Under the pieces are notes generated by a model that was given only the letters and a program-made list of their open reading frames with translations, did not search any database and was not told where the DNA came from. DNA of 62,719 bases, the filler included. It is 4 parts of 4 records of this genome, joined end to end, with 100 filler letters (N's around TTAATTAATTAA, not from the genome) between each part and the next. Parts side by side here need not be neighbours in the genome. Positions count along the whole stretch, not along the records: positions 1 to 16,920 come from SRR20825010_4229; 3 more parts are not named here. One strand, given 5' to 3'. Below, one piece after another: positions 1-10,199 of this stretch. Position numbers and translations under genes: made by a program. Every line of letters begins with the position of its first letter. The stretch's first letter is position 1.

Positions 1-1
1 G

Positions 2-385
2 TTTATTGGCTATGCAGGAATGGGAATGATTAGCCCATATTCGCCCGTGGAAGATCTAATGCTATGGATTCCGTTGTATGTAGGGTTCCTGTTCATTTGC
101 TTTACTAAATCAGGACTCAGTTTAAAGAATAGGATCACTCTTGTATTGTCTATTGCAGCTCTGCAATATGCCGTTGCTTTTGTTTTACCAGGAGTTCATG
201 GATATCAAGGATGGCTATTTTACGGCTTTTTGCTAGGTAGAATAATGGGCGTTAGACATCCTGAAGTTTCTGGTTTTCATGAATTGGATACCAAGAGAAA
301 AGCGCTGGGGATACTAGCCATTGTAGTTTTTATTCTATGTTTTTCTCCAGAGCCATTCATATTTGCAGAAGGATCGGACTTCTAA
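2..385 (+). CDS. Site-2 protease (M50) family membrane protein, C-terminal fragment (5' truncated)
   Basis: Frame open from the window start; hydrophobic helices; C-terminal HP...LD..RK.LG......F.LCF.P.P pattern typical of bacterial site-2 proteases. Confidence 0.65.
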   Translation, partial: FIGYAGMGMISPYSPVEDLMLWIPLYVGFLFICFTKSGLSLKNRITLVLSIAALQYAVAFVLPGVHGYQGWLFYGFLLGRIMGVRHPEVSGFHELDTKRKALGILAIVVFILCFSPEPFIFAEGSDF

Positions 386-527
386 CTATAAGGGGATTCT
401 AAGAGAAAAGGATTGGAAAATTGGCACTTCTTCCGACTGAATCTGGATATACGAAGTCGGGCACTTGACGATCCCGTTTATTATCAGGGCTTTTTTCGCC
501 TAGCGTTTAAAAAATTGATTATGGCAT

Positions 528-552
528 AAAAAAGACTCCCCGAAGGGAGTCT
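528..552 (-). terminator. Intrinsic terminator of the rhodanese gene
   Basis: GACTCCC-CGAA-GGGAGTC hairpin followed by a T-tract on the minus strand. Confidence 0.85.
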
Positions 553-570
553 GTCATTAAAAAGAGCTTC

Positions 571-867
571 TTATAAGTTTCTATAAGCTAAGATGCCGCC
601 TGTAGTATTTCGAACTTTAGAAAATCCTTTGGTCTCCAGGAATTTTTTTGCGTTCATGCTTCTGGCGCCAGAACGACAATGAACTACTATTTCAGTGTCT
701 TTATAATCTTCTAGCTCCTCAAGTCTAGTTGGTAAATCGGCCAAGGGGATATTTTTTGCTCCCAAGTTGTCATCTTCATATTCCCATTCTTCACGAACGT
801 CAAGGAATACGAATTTTTCATTATTATCCAATCTGGATTTCAGGTCTTCTACAGTTATATCTTCCAT
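571..867 (-). CDS. Rhodanese-like domain protein
   Basis: LDVRE..EY and HCRSGARS motifs, GGI near the C-terminus. Confidence 0.9.
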   Translation of the reverse strand: MEDITVEDLKSRLDNNEKFVFLDVREEWEYEDDNLGAKNIPLADLPTRLEELEDYKDTEIVVHCRSGARSMNAKKFLETKGFSKVRNTTGGILAYRNL

Positions 868-871
868 ATTA

Positions 872-2707
872 TTATTTAACTAAAATTCTGTATGAATGCA
901 TCCCGGTTTCTGTACTCAAATTGAGAACGTAGACGCCTGGACGCTGTCCAATAAAATTAACAATTTCTCCTTTAGATGAAAGTTGACGCTCAAGAAAAAT
1001 CTCTCTGCCAAAAGAATCAAAGATTCTTGCTTGGCTAAATCTACCTTCTAGGTTAAGTAGTGTTTCTACAGGGTTTGGATATATCAGAATGTGGTCCGCT
1101 GGTATGGAGGCTTCCTCAAAAGGAACATCTATACTTACATGAGGTCTGATCATCAATGAGCCGCGTACCTCCTCATTTTGAGCCCAAGCGCCCACTACAT
1201 TATAAAATAACTTATCTCCAGTATCATTTACCTTATCCAGTCCTACATGGATGAAATCATTCGTGTACTGAGCAAAACCTATGTAGAAGTCTCCATCTAC
1301 TTTAATATTGGTATCGAGAGAGTAGTAAAGAAATTCTTGTCCTGCTTCTTTAACAGCAATCAAATCCTCTCTTGTAAATATAGGATCTGCGTCCAGATCC
1401 TTCCAAACTTTGATGTCTATAGCTTGATTAGCTTGCCTAGGATTAGTGAAATTGATAGAAATTCCTTTGAGGAATACTTCCTTAGGCGTCGTGTATTTGA
1501 CAGCTAATTGGCCAGATCGTTGGTTGATGCCGGCAGCATAATCAGCGGAACCATTATCATAGGCAAAATAGTCTAAGAGTGGAAAGGAAGTCCTTACCGT
1601 ATCGTTCAGCTCATAATTAACACTGGAGAAAAAGGTGGTGTCTCCTGATTTTACTTCGTAAAGTAGCCCATCACCGGATGTAATTGAAGAAATGATTTCT
1701 ATGGTAGTTTCATTCTTCGGAACAGGTATTTCTTCAAATTTTCTGCTTTCAAATACTCTTCTTTCCAGGGCATTTGGAACTGGATTGAAAGGTGTATTGA
1801 GGTTGATAGGAGTGGTGGTCATCGTGGAAGGATCTCTGAGCACGATAGAATATTCCATCGCTCTAAATCGATTTTCCAGATTGTAGAATTCATTTTGGAC
1901 AGAACTCCAAAGAACTTTTTGGTTATCAGCTAGAAGCACAAAAGGGTAGGCGCCATAATCTCCGATTCGAAGGTCATTTATGCGGGTAAGACTTCTGTCT
2001 TTGTAATCAAGAGTAGTGGCTGTTCTGCCGTCATTTAAATAGATGTAGTCAATCAGCCAGCTATCAAATGGACCAGATTGTCTTCCTTGGGAAAAGAAGC
2101 GAAACTGGAAATTAGCGTGTTGCCAAGCTGGTAGAATCTTAATGATTTCTTGAGCGAAAGCGGCTCTGTTTAGAGATACTCCACCTGTTTGGCTCCAAAT
2201 CGTCACCCAACTTCCTTGAGGATTAAGAATTTGTAAAGTCAACTCATCGCTTTCGTCTGGAAGCTCTGCTCTTCCTCCAGCCTGCCAAAAGAAGCTTAAA
2301 TAAAGACTTTCGCTGTTAGATGTATTTAGAGAGCTTAAGTCAAATGGCTTCGAGGTTATATAGTCCGTTTCTCCCTGATCAGTTTGTGTGACAGAATATG
2401 GATTGCCATTTGCAGCTACACCATCAAGCAGCACCATGCCGATTGACGGTGCATTCAAACCAATGGTTTCAGTATAAGAAGCTCCACTTAGAGTCCACTT
2501 AAGGGTGTCTATACCTTGTGAAAAATCATCCCAAAATGGGATGACGTTATTTTGTAAAATTCGTGCGTTTTGTTCTCCTAAACTGTAATTTTTGATTTTT
2601 TGCTGTTGAACCGGACCAAACTCCACCAATTGGCCATGAGCCAAAGTCGATATGAAAAGGGCTACGAATAGCCCAGTCATTCGAAGTATATGGTGTGTTT
2701 GGAGCAT
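872..2707 (-). CDS. Secreted protein with T9SS type A C-terminal sorting domain
   Basis: Signal peptide; C-terminal IYPNPV...GVYVL...RILVK. Confidence 0.85.
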   Translation of the reverse strand: MLQTHHILRMTGLFVALFISTLAHGQLVEFGPVQQQKIKNYSLGEQNARILQNNVIPFWDDFSQGIDTLKWTLSGASYTETIGLNAPSIGMVLLDGVAANGNPYSVTQTDQGETDYITSKPFDLSSLNTSNSESLYLSFFWQAGGRAELPDESDELTLQILNPQGSWVTIWSQTGGVSLNRAAFAQEIIKILPAWQHANFQFRFFSQGRQSGPFDSWLIDYIYLNDGRTATTLDYKDRSLTRINDLRIGDYGAYPFVLLADNQKVLWSSVQNEFYNLENRFRAMEYSIVLRDPSTMTTTPINLNTPFNPVPNALERRVFESRKFEEIPVPKNETTIEIISSITSGDGLLYEVKSGDTTFFSSVNYELNDTVRTSFPLLDYFAYDNGSADYAAGINQRSGQLAVKYTTPKEVFLKGISINFTNPRQANQAIDIKVWKDLDADPIFTREDLIAVKEAGQEFLYYSLDTNIKVDGDFYIGFAQYTNDFIHVGLDKVNDTGDKLFYNVVGAWAQNEEVRGSLMIRPHVSIDVPFEEASIPADHILIYPNPVETLLNLEGRFSQARIFDSFGREIFLERQLSSKGEIVNFIGQRPGVYVLNLSTETGMHSYRILVK

Positions 2708-2712
2708 GTAGC

Positions 2713-3453
2713 TTAAAAATTATTCTTAGCGATCCACAGATCTATTAATTCGCCGGTTTTTACTTGCACTGACGCAGGAGGAGTTTGTCTCAAGACTTTT
2801 CCTGCTCCCACAGAATCAGTATCAAGATAGTATTTATTACCAACTCTTAAGCTTGATCCTAAAATCAAGAATTCAGCATCTACCTCATCCATACCTTTAA
2901 GATCAGGAACAGCAAGAATCTGATTGCCTAATCCGTCACCCACTACCAAGTCAATTCTGGCACCTTTAGGTATTTCAAATCCTTCTCGCACAGTGACACC
3001 GCGGTATTTTTGCTCCAGCACCACATTGATACCGATATCTGGAACGTAAACAATGTCGCCACGCTCAAGTCCCATGTTAGCCAAAATCTCCTGCACATTT
3101 TTCAGAGGAGTGTTGACCAAATTAGGCATTTTAAGCATAGGAGGATTTCTAGCATTTAGAGTTAGGTAAACAGTTTTACCACTTTTTACCTGTGCATTTG
3201 CTTCCGGAATTTGTTTGAGCACAGCAAAAGGCTTCAGATCAGTATTGAAGCCAGAGTCAAGGGAGACTTCGTATTGAAGGCTTGCCCGATCCAAGATGTC
3301 GATGCTTTCATCGAATGTATAACCGGATAAATCAGGTACAGAGACCGATTCCCCATGATTGGTGTACATAGGAAGGTACATTTTCAAAAAAAGGAAACCC
3401 AGTAGAACTGCTATTCCGGAAATTACTAGAAGGTTAATTATGATCTTTTTCAA
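2713..3453 (-). CDS. Membrane-anchored PASTA domain protein
   Basis: N-terminal TM helix; three repeats starting VPDL/MPNL/VPDL, with Q.P...VK.G in the first and third. Confidence 0.85.
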   Translation of the reverse strand: MKKIIINLLVISGIAVLLGFLFLKMYLPMYTNHGESVSVPDLSGYTFDESIDILDRASLQYEVSLDSGFNTDLKPFAVLKQIPEANAQVKSGKTVYLTLNARNPPMLKMPNLVNTPLKNVQEILANMGLERGDIVYVPDIGINVVLEQKYRGVTVREGFEIPKGARIDLVVGDGLGNQILAVPDLKGMDEVDAEFLILGSSLRVGNKYYLDTDSVGAGKVLRQTPPASVQVKTGELIDLWIAKNNF

Positions 3454-3560
3454 AAGAGATGCTGAATGAAGTACCTGAGAAATTTTAATAGTTAAAGATA
3501 AGCGGGAAATTCAATCCTCACAACGTAGGATTCCTCTAAAACTGATGAAATCTACTGGCA

Positions 3561-3595
3561 AAAAATAAGCCGAAGAGGATTTCTTCGGCTTATTT
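3561..3595 (-). terminator. Intrinsic terminator of the M43 protease gene
   Basis: 14-bp inverted repeat AAATAAGCCGAAGA/TCTTCGGCTTATTT with a T-tract on the minus strand. Confidence 0.85.
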
Positions 3596-3599
3596 GTGA

Positions 3600-6500
3600 T
3601 TAATTAATAATCAGCCTTCGAGTTTCCCGTATCGAATTACTCGAAATTTTTATAATAAATACACCCTTAGAAAACAGTTGAGTGCTAAATGAATAAGTCT
3701 GGTTAAGTGTACCTGGATATTCAATTTCCTGAATTAAGGCTCCAGTACTTGAGATCACCTGAATTGTTACATCCTCAAAATCAGGCAAGTTGAACGCAAT
3801 ATTGAATACTTCACGAGCAGGATTTGGGTACAGTACTGACATGCCCACAGCAGGAATTACCGGTTCAGGATTGGCATTTAGGAAAAGCTCGATGTTGTCC
3901 AAGTAAATTGGAGAATCTGAAACACTACCACCTTCAATTACGAAAGCAAGGCGAGCGTTTGTATTTCCGGGTCCAGCAAAATCACTAAGGTTTATAAACT
4001 TACGAACATAGTCACTAGCACTATTTGGATTGGCTTCGCCTACAGTTACTGTAGAAAGCTCTGACCCACTTGCTGCCCAAACTTCCGTGTAATTTGTTCC
4101 ACCGTTTGTACTAGCAAGAATTTTCAAAGTAGTGGAAGTGCCAACTTGTCCGGCAGCTAAATCAAAGAAGATACTGGCTTGTTGGCTTCCTGAAAGATCA
4201 AAGACAGGTGTGCCTAACCAATACGAGTGCCCGGACGCACTGGTAGAAAGCATTGCAACATTATTAGGTCCTTCACCAGATGAAATAGGAGTGATTTTCC
4301 AGGCCTCACTGTCTGATTCAGGATTTATGGTTTTCCAAGGATTTAGCGCACTGCTATTATTGAAGTTTTGTCTCCACGGCACTGGTACAGTGGTTGCATC
4401 TTCAATAATGTACCTAGTTAAGCTATCAGAGTTATTGCCGTTTTGGTCAAAATTTGGTGACGAAATCACAAATTTGAGACTGTTTTTACCAATTGAAGTT
4501 GATTTGCCTGTGGTGAGATTAAAGCTCTCACCTGGCGCAGCATTGGAACCACTTGCCACAAAGGTTTGCTTAGAACCACCATTAGTGGTTTTTGAAAACA
4601 CAAAGCTTGATACAGGAAGATTTCCTGTATTGGTGATAGAAACTATTTCAGATTCATGTGTACCATTAGAGATTGGACTTGGAGCTAGCATATCATCTAT
4701 TTCCAATTTATAAACGAATTCTTTATTAGGTATTATTCTAATATTTCGGATGTAAATATTATTGCCGAATCCATTCTCTGTGATGAAAGCTAAACGAACT
4801 GATCCTTGACTTGAATACTTGCTTAGATTTACTATCTCTGTTCTGAATTGATTATTATTAGATGGGATAAATTCATCTAGAGTTACAGCAGTTGTTTGCA
4901 ACTGTAGACTGTTTTTGTCATAAGGTGCATTAGCGATGTCAAACGTGTTTCCACAATCCTGAGACAAGGCAACGATTAATCTATCAGCAAATCCAGACTG
5001 ATCATAAGGTGCATATGCCAATTCAAATACGAGTTGTGCATCTGGATATTGTGTCAGATTAATAATCGGAGATGTGTAATAGTCAAGCTGTCCTTGCGCT
5101 TCGTATTCGTAGTGTCGGATATAAACCAAATCCTGAGGAGTGCCTGAAATCGTTAGATTTCTTTTCTCCCAAGTCAACAATTGATCTGGGTTAGTAATTG
5201 TCCATGGTGACGGAAAAGTACTCAGATTTGACGTGTAAGGAAGATTTACCGCTTGCTCTAGAATAGGAGTGACAGTTCTGCTATTGTTCGTAGGGACGTT
5301 ATCAGTGGCGTCATTGGCCTGAGTGATTCTGAACTCAATTGTATTGGTGCCTGCCACTAGACTAAATTCTTTGAAATTTAAAACAGCACTTTCTCCTGTG
5401 TTTATGTTGAAGGTAAATCTCTTCGATTCTAAGACCTCTCCATTTCTTCTTAGCTCAACTCGTCCAGAGGTCAATGTGTTTTTGCCTGCATTCAAAACCT
5501 CAATAGAAGGGTTGATCTGAGGGTCACATTCGAAGTTTCTAGGCTCAATTACTTTTGAAATTGCAAGATCATTATCTGCAAGTACAGGTTCCTGAGTGGC
5601 TCTGTTATTAATTAAAGTGACTCTTCTTGGGCTATTTGCCAATACTATGTTAAATCGCTCTACCTGTCCCTTTGTAAACAAGTTCATACATGCATCAGGA
5701 GTATAATCCATGTAATTCTGGATCATATCATTTGAGTTGCAACTAAAGCGAGTAGCGTTTGGGCTACAGGTATTATTGGAATTGTCCTGCTCAGGTGTAT
5801 CTGCTACGAAATCATCCACTCCGCAACCTCCGTCACCCCAGATATGTCTTAAGCCAAAGAAATGCCCTACTTCGTGCGTGGCTGTACGTCCTAAAGATGC
5901 TGATATTGCACTTCCACCAATGCCAAAAAACCTATAATCAATCACTACTCCATCCGTAATAGATGAAGTTGGAGCATTATTAAGTCCAGGTAAATCAGAA
6001 ACAGGAAAAGAAGAGTATCCTATATATGGGCTCACCAAAGGGACTACATACATGTTCATGTACTCATCAGGATTCCACTGAATCAGCTGGCCGATAGTGG
6101 TAGCGTCTGTATTAGGATCATAGGAAGTTTTTGATCCTTTTGTACGTGTGATTCCATCGGTTGGTAATCCTAAAGGATCCTGCTTTGCAATTACAAATTC
6201 AATGTTTGTCTGGCCTGCAAAGGGTAGAAATGCTGTAGGAGTATTAGAAGCATCTGCATTTAACCTTTGAAAATCTTCATTAAGAATTCTAAGCTGTTCT
6301 ACAATTTGGGAAACGGGAACATTGGTGCGCAGTCCAACAGGATCGCCGTTGTGTATCACATGGACTACTACTGGTATTAGGATTGGCTCAGCATTGATTT
6401 TGGCTAGGATTTGAGGCTGACTGGTTTTGTCCTCTATCTTCTCATTGATCCATTTTTCGAAATAAGGTTTTGTGCCAAAATAGCCCAATTCCTTTTCCAT

Positions 6501-6668
6501 TTTTTGTTCCAAGATCTCATGACCACATTTCTCTCGATGTGTATGTGTAGTTGACTGGTCAGTGATATCAAAGGTTTGGAATTGCTGCGCAAAGCCTGTT
6601 GAAAACACAAAAAGCGCTCCCAGTAGGAGCATACTGGCTTTGTCAAAAATCCGGAAACCTTTTTTCAT
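3600..6668 (-). CDS. M43 (pappalysin/ulilysin-like) zinc metalloprotease with T9SS C-terminal domain
   Basis: IPVVVHVI, HEVGHFFGLRH zinc motif, NYMDY Met-turn, prodomain Cys (KCG), C-terminal LYPNPA. Confidence 0.9.
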   Translation of the reverse strand: MKKGFRIFDKASMLLLGALFVFSTGFAQQFQTFDITDQSTTHTHREKCGHEILEQKMEKELGYFGTKPYFEKWINEKIEDKTSQPQILAKINAEPILIPVVVHVIHNGDPVGLRTNVPVSQIVEQLRILNEDFQRLNADASNTPTAFLPFAGQTNIEFVIAKQDPLGLPTDGITRTKGSKTSYDPNTDATTIGQLIQWNPDEYMNMYVVPLVSPYIGYSSFPVSDLPGLNNAPTSSITDGVVIDYRFFGIGGSAISASLGRTATHEVGHFFGLRHIWGDGGCGVDDFVADTPEQDNSNNTCSPNATRFSCNSNDMIQNYMDYTPDACMNLFTKGQVERFNIVLANSPRRVTLINNRATQEPVLADNDLAISKVIEPRNFECDPQINPSIEVLNAGKNTLTSGRVELRRNGEVLESKRFTFNINTGESAVLNFKEFSLVAGTNTIEFRITQANDATDNVPTNNSRTVTPILEQAVNLPYTSNLSTFPSPWTITNPDQLLTWEKRNLTISGTPQDLVYIRHYEYEAQGQLDYYTSPIINLTQYPDAQLVFELAYAPYDQSGFADRLIVALSQDCGNTFDIANAPYDKNSLQLQTTAVTLDEFIPSNNNQFRTEIVNLSKYSSQGSVRLAFITENGFGNNIYIRNIRIIPNKEFVYKLEIDDMLAPSPISNGTHESEIVSITNTGNLPVSSFVFSKTTNGGSKQTFVASGSNAAPGESFNLTTGKSTSIGKNSLKFVISSPNFDQNGNNSDSLTRYIIEDATTVPVPWRQNFNNSSALNPWKTINPESDSEAWKITPISSGEGPNNVAMLSTSASGHSYWLGTPVFDLSGSQQASIFFDLAAGQVGTSTTLKILASTNGGTNYTEVWAASGSELSTVTVGEANPNSASDYVRKFINLSDFAGPGNTNARLAFVIEGGSVSDSPIYLDNIELFLNANPEPVIPAVGMSVLYPNPAREVFNIAFNLPDFEDVTIQVISSTGALIQEIEYPGTLNQTYSFSTQLFSKGVFIIKISSNSIRETRRLIIN

Positions 6669-6678
6669 TAAAATCTAA

Positions 6679-6927
6679 TTAAGCAACAGTTAGGTTTACG
6701 GCTTCTACTCGTACGATTTCTGGAATTGCACGCTTAATAGCTTCCTCTACTCCAGCCTTAAGTGTCATGGTAGACATTGGGCAGGTACCACAGGAACCTA
6801 ATAATTCTAATTTTAGAACCATGTCATCAGTTAGTTCTACTATTCTTACATTGCCTCCATCTGCTTCCAGATAAGGGCGAATTGTATCTAGTGCAAATTC
6901 TATTTGTTCTCTAAGTTCTGGTTGCAT
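6679..6927 (-). CDS. NifU/NfuA-type Fe-S carrier
   Basis: IRPYL..DGG and GSCGTCP motifs. Confidence 0.9.
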   Translation of the reverse strand: MQPELREQIEFALDTIRPYLEADGGNVRIVELTDDMVLKLELLGSCGTCPMSTMTLKAGVEEAIKRAIPEIVRVEAVNLTVA

Positions 6928-6931
6928 AATG

Positions 6932-8026
6932 TTAAGCTTTAATTTCTACTACCTCGGTCTTACCCTTAGAAGCATTTCTTATGGCAATTTGTCTAGCGAT
7001 CTCTTCAGCTAGCTTCATGTAAGATTCTTGTGTGATTCCATCTTTAAGTACTGCAGGGTAGCCTGAATCTCCGCTTTCTCTAATACTTTGTACAATCGGA
7101 ATTTCTCCCAAAAACGGCACATCGTATTTTTCAGCTAATTTTCGTCCCCCTTCTTTACCAAATAGGTAGTACTTATTGTCCGGTAATTCTTCTGGCGTAA
7201 AATAAGCCATATTTTCAATAACACCTAAGATAGGTACGTTAATTTGAGGCTGTCGAAACATCGATAATCCCTTATTAGCATCTGCTAAAGCAACTTTCTG
7301 TGGAGTAGTTACAATCACTGCGCCTGTGACAGGAACTGTCTGCACCATAGTTAGGTGGATATCGGAAGTTCCAGGAGGTAAATCAATCAGTAAGTAATCT
7401 AACTCACCCCAATCCACATCAGAAATAAACTGCTTCAAAGCGGAACTAGCCATAGGGCCTCTCCAAACAACTGCACTGTCCACTGGCGTTAAAAATCCAA
7501 TTGACATCAACTTCACACCATATTGCTCGATAGGGATGATGATATTCTTTTCACCTACCTTTTTTATTGCAGGTTGCTCAGCCTCTACATTGAACATGGT
7601 AGGAATGGATGGGCCTGAAATATCCGCATCGATCAATCCAACTTTTGCTCCAGTTTTAGCTAAAGAAACGGCAAGGTTTACAGCAGTAGTGGATTTACCA
7701 ACTCCGCCTTTACCCGATGCGATTGCAATGATGTTTTTTACTTGAGGCAAAACAGGCGCTGCCTCTCTTACCGTAGTAACTTCGGAAGTCATAAATAAAT
7801 CCCATTCTGGCTCCATACCAAAATCTTCCTCTAAAGCTTCTAAGCAATTATTTTTAATTACTTCTTTTAGGGGACAAGCTGGAGTAGTGAGAACTACATG
7901 GAAGCTGACTTTATTACCGTTGATTTCTATCTTTTGTATCATTCCCAAAGTCACCAAATCCTTCTTTAGATCGGGGTCTTGTACTCGGGAAAGTGTTTTC
8001 AGGATATTATCCTTAGTTAACTGCAT
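6932..8026 (-). CDS. mrp: Mrp/NBP35 (ApbC) Fe-S cluster carrier ATPase
   Basis: TTPACP domain, GKGGVGKST, WRGPM, DLPPGT, ENMA. Confidence 0.93.
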   Translation of the reverse strand: MQLTKDNILKTLSRVQDPDLKKDLVTLGMIQKIEINGNKVSFHVVLTTPACPLKEVIKNNCLEALEEDFGMEPEWDLFMTSEVTTVREAAPVLPQVKNIIAIASGKGGVGKSTTAVNLAVSLAKTGAKVGLIDADISGPSIPTMFNVEAEQPAIKKVGEKNIIIPIEQYGVKLMSIGFLTPVDSAVVWRGPMASSALKQFISDVDWGELDYLLIDLPPGTSDIHLTMVQTVPVTGAVIVTTPQKVALADANKGLSMFRQPQINVPILGVIENMAYFTPEELPDNKYYLFGKEGGRKLAEKYDVPFLGEIPIVQSIRESGDSGYPAVLKDGITQESYMKLAEEIARQIAIRNASKGKTEVVEIKA

Positions 8027-8152
8027 GTGGTGAATGTTGTAATTTTGCGCAATTTAGAGCTTAAAGACTTCTAAATAAAGAATGAATTAAATCTATTGTA
8101 CTTCTGAACTAGATGAAACCGCAGAAAGTTCTCATTTTTTGGATAGAGCGCT

Positions 8153-8160
8153 TAACTTTG
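8153..8160 (+). promoter_or_regulatory. Bacteroidota sigmaA -7 element (TAnnTTTG) for dnaG
   Basis: TAACTTTG 16 nt upstream of the ATG. Confidence 0.6.
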
Positions 8161-8176
8161 CCTCATTCATTTTCCT

Positions 8177-10114
8177 ATGGGCATCAGCAAACTTACTACA
8201 GACAGGGTCAAAGAACGCATGGACATCGAAGAGGTGCTCGGCGATTATTTGCCTATGAAAAAGAAAGGCCAGAATCTCTGGGCCAACTGTCCGTTCCATG
8301 GAGAAAAAACGCCTTCATTTTCGATTTCTCCTGCAAAACAAATCTATAAATGCTTTGGCTGTGGTAAAGCCGGTGATCCTATACAGTTCGTGATGGACAT
8401 AGAAGGTATAGGCTTTCAGGAAGCTATCAAACATATTGCTGGTAGATATGGCATCGAAGTAGAGGAAGACGAAACGAGAACACCAGAGCAGAATGAGGCT
8501 CAAAATGAACGTGAAAGTTTATTGATCGCACTGGGTTTTGCCAGAGACTTTTTTGTCAAGAATCTGCAAACTCCAGAAGGCAAGTCAATTGGGTTAAGTT
8601 ATTTCAAGGAGCGTGGATTTACACCTGCTATTATTGAGAAGTTTGATCTAGGGTACGCACTGGAAGGTTGGGATAATTTACTGCAGGGGGCTAAATCAGC
8701 TGGGTTTAGGGAGGATATTTTGCTGAAAGCAGGATTGATTCTGCAGAAAGAGGGTGATGCCACTCGCGTGTATGATCGCTTTAGAAATCGAGTGATTTTC
8801 CCTATTCACAACATCAGTGGAAAGCCACTTGGGTTTGGTGCGAGAATCCTGACCAAAGACAAGAATCAACCAAAATATATCAACTCTCCGGAGACTCCAG
8901 TATATCACAAAAGCGATGTGCTGTACGGGATGTTTCAGGCGAAGAAAGCGATTCGAGAGAAAGATAATTGTTACCTCGTCGAAGGCTACACTGATGTGGT
9001 CAGTTTACATCTTTCTGGAATAGAAAATGTCGTTGCTTCTTCGGGTACCTCGCTGACGGATGGTCAGATTAAACTCATCAAGAGATTCACTGATCAGGTG
9101 ACAGTGCTTTATGATGGCGATGCTGCAGGTATCAAAGCTTCACTTCGAGGTATTGATCTTTTACTGGAAGGTGGACTGAATGTAAAAGCAGTAGTTTTTC
9201 CTGATGGGGAAGACCCCGATAGTTATTCTCGTAAAGTAGGGTCTCAGGCTTTTCAGGATTACTTGGAAAATAATAGCCGTGATTTCATTGGGTTTAAGAT
9301 TGGTTTGTACAAAGAGGAGTTTGTAAAGAATCCAATCCGAAAAGCTGAAGTGATTCGCGAAGTAGTTCAGAGTATTGGTAAAATCCCGGATCCAATCATT
9401 CGATCCGTTTATGCCAAGGAAGCTTCCGGGCTTTTGGGGATAGAAGAGGATATCATCCATGCAGAGCTGAATAAAACGCTTCTCAAATCTCAGAAGGATC
9501 ATTACAATAATAAGCAGGACGATCTTTTTGCCGAGCAGGCAATGGAAGAGCTGATTCCTGATGAGACTGCTACTTCATTTTCTGAAATTCTCAGAATTCA
9601 AGAACGTGAGATGGTCAGACTTTTAGTTAATTACGGTTGGCAAAAATTGGTTGATGAAGAAATGCATCTCTGTCAATATTTACTTTCGGAGACAGAAGAG
9701 TTAGAGTTTACCACGCCGATTTATAATAAGATACTGTCTCTCTATAGAAGTAATCTGTTGCAGGGAGAAATTCCTACATCTGAATATTTTATAGGGCTAG
9801 GTGATCAAGAAGTACAAAAAGAGGTAATTGATCTAATAACAGTGCGCCATGAAGTATCTCATCACTGGGCTGACACACATCAGATTATTATCAATACAGA
9901 ATCAGATGATCTTACGCTTACAGGCTTTAAATCCATATTACGATTAAAAAGAAAAATGGTGCAAAAGCTGATGGAAGAGGCGAAAGAGAAAATAAAAAAC
10001 GCGGAAGCAGAACACCTAGATGACGATAAAGTGCATGAGTTTCAGGTGATTTACTTCGAACTCAAGAAAGTACAGCTGGAGATCGATAAAGAGCTGGGAA
10101 TAGTCATTGGATAA
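8177..10114 (+). CDS. dnaG: DNA primase
   Basis: CPFHGEKTPSF zinc finger, KYINSPET, EGYTDV, DGDAAG TOPRIM motifs. Confidence 0.97.
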   Translation: MGISKLTTDRVKERMDIEEVLGDYLPMKKKGQNLWANCPFHGEKTPSFSISPAKQIYKCFGCGKAGDPIQFVMDIEGIGFQEAIKHIAGRYGIEVEEDETRTPEQNEAQNERESLLIALGFARDFFVKNLQTPEGKSIGLSYFKERGFTPAIIEKFDLGYALEGWDNLLQGAKSAGFREDILLKAGLILQKEGDATRVYDRFRNRVIFPIHNISGKPLGFGARILTKDKNQPKYINSPETPVYHKSDVLYGMFQAKKAIREKDNCYLVEGYTDVVSLHLSGIENVVASSGTSLTDGQIKLIKRFTDQVTVLYDGDAAGIKASLRGIDLLLEGGLNVKAVVFPDGEDPDSYSRKVGSQAFQDYLENNSRDFIGFKIGLYKEEFVKNPIRKAEVIREVVQSIGKIPDPIIRSVYAKEASGLLGIEEDIIHAELNKTLLKSQKDHYNNKQDDLFAEQAMEELIPDETATSFSEILRIQEREMVRLLVNYGWQKLVDEEMHLCQYLLSETEELEFTTPIYNKILSLYRSNLLQGEIPTSEYFIGLGDQEVQKEVIDLITVRHEVSHHWADTHQIIINTESDDLTLTGFKSILRLKRKMVQKLMEEAKEKIKNAEAEHLDDDKVHEFQVIYFELKKVQLEIDKELGIVIG

Positions 10115-10159
10115 ACCAAACTTTATTTGGCTTCATCCTGTTTAAGATTTGAAAGCGTG

Positions 10160-10167
10160 TAAATTTG
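10160..10167 (+). promoter_or_regulatory. Bacteroidota -7 promoter element for ribBA
   Basis: TAAATTTG; supports the GTG start at 10200 rather than 10149. Confidence 0.55.
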
Positions 10168-10199
10168 CCTTTCTAAAAATTAATTCAAACACAAATTTC

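Noticed and set aside
386-527. CCGACT/AGTCGG stem and repeated GGCACTT between convergent genes
   Set aside because: Short, no promoter, ORF or known RNA motif; compatible with chance
10115-10199. Possible FMN riboswitch before ribBA (and SAH riboswitch before ahcY, 17120-17193)
   Set aside because: Spacers are short and lack the aptamer consensus
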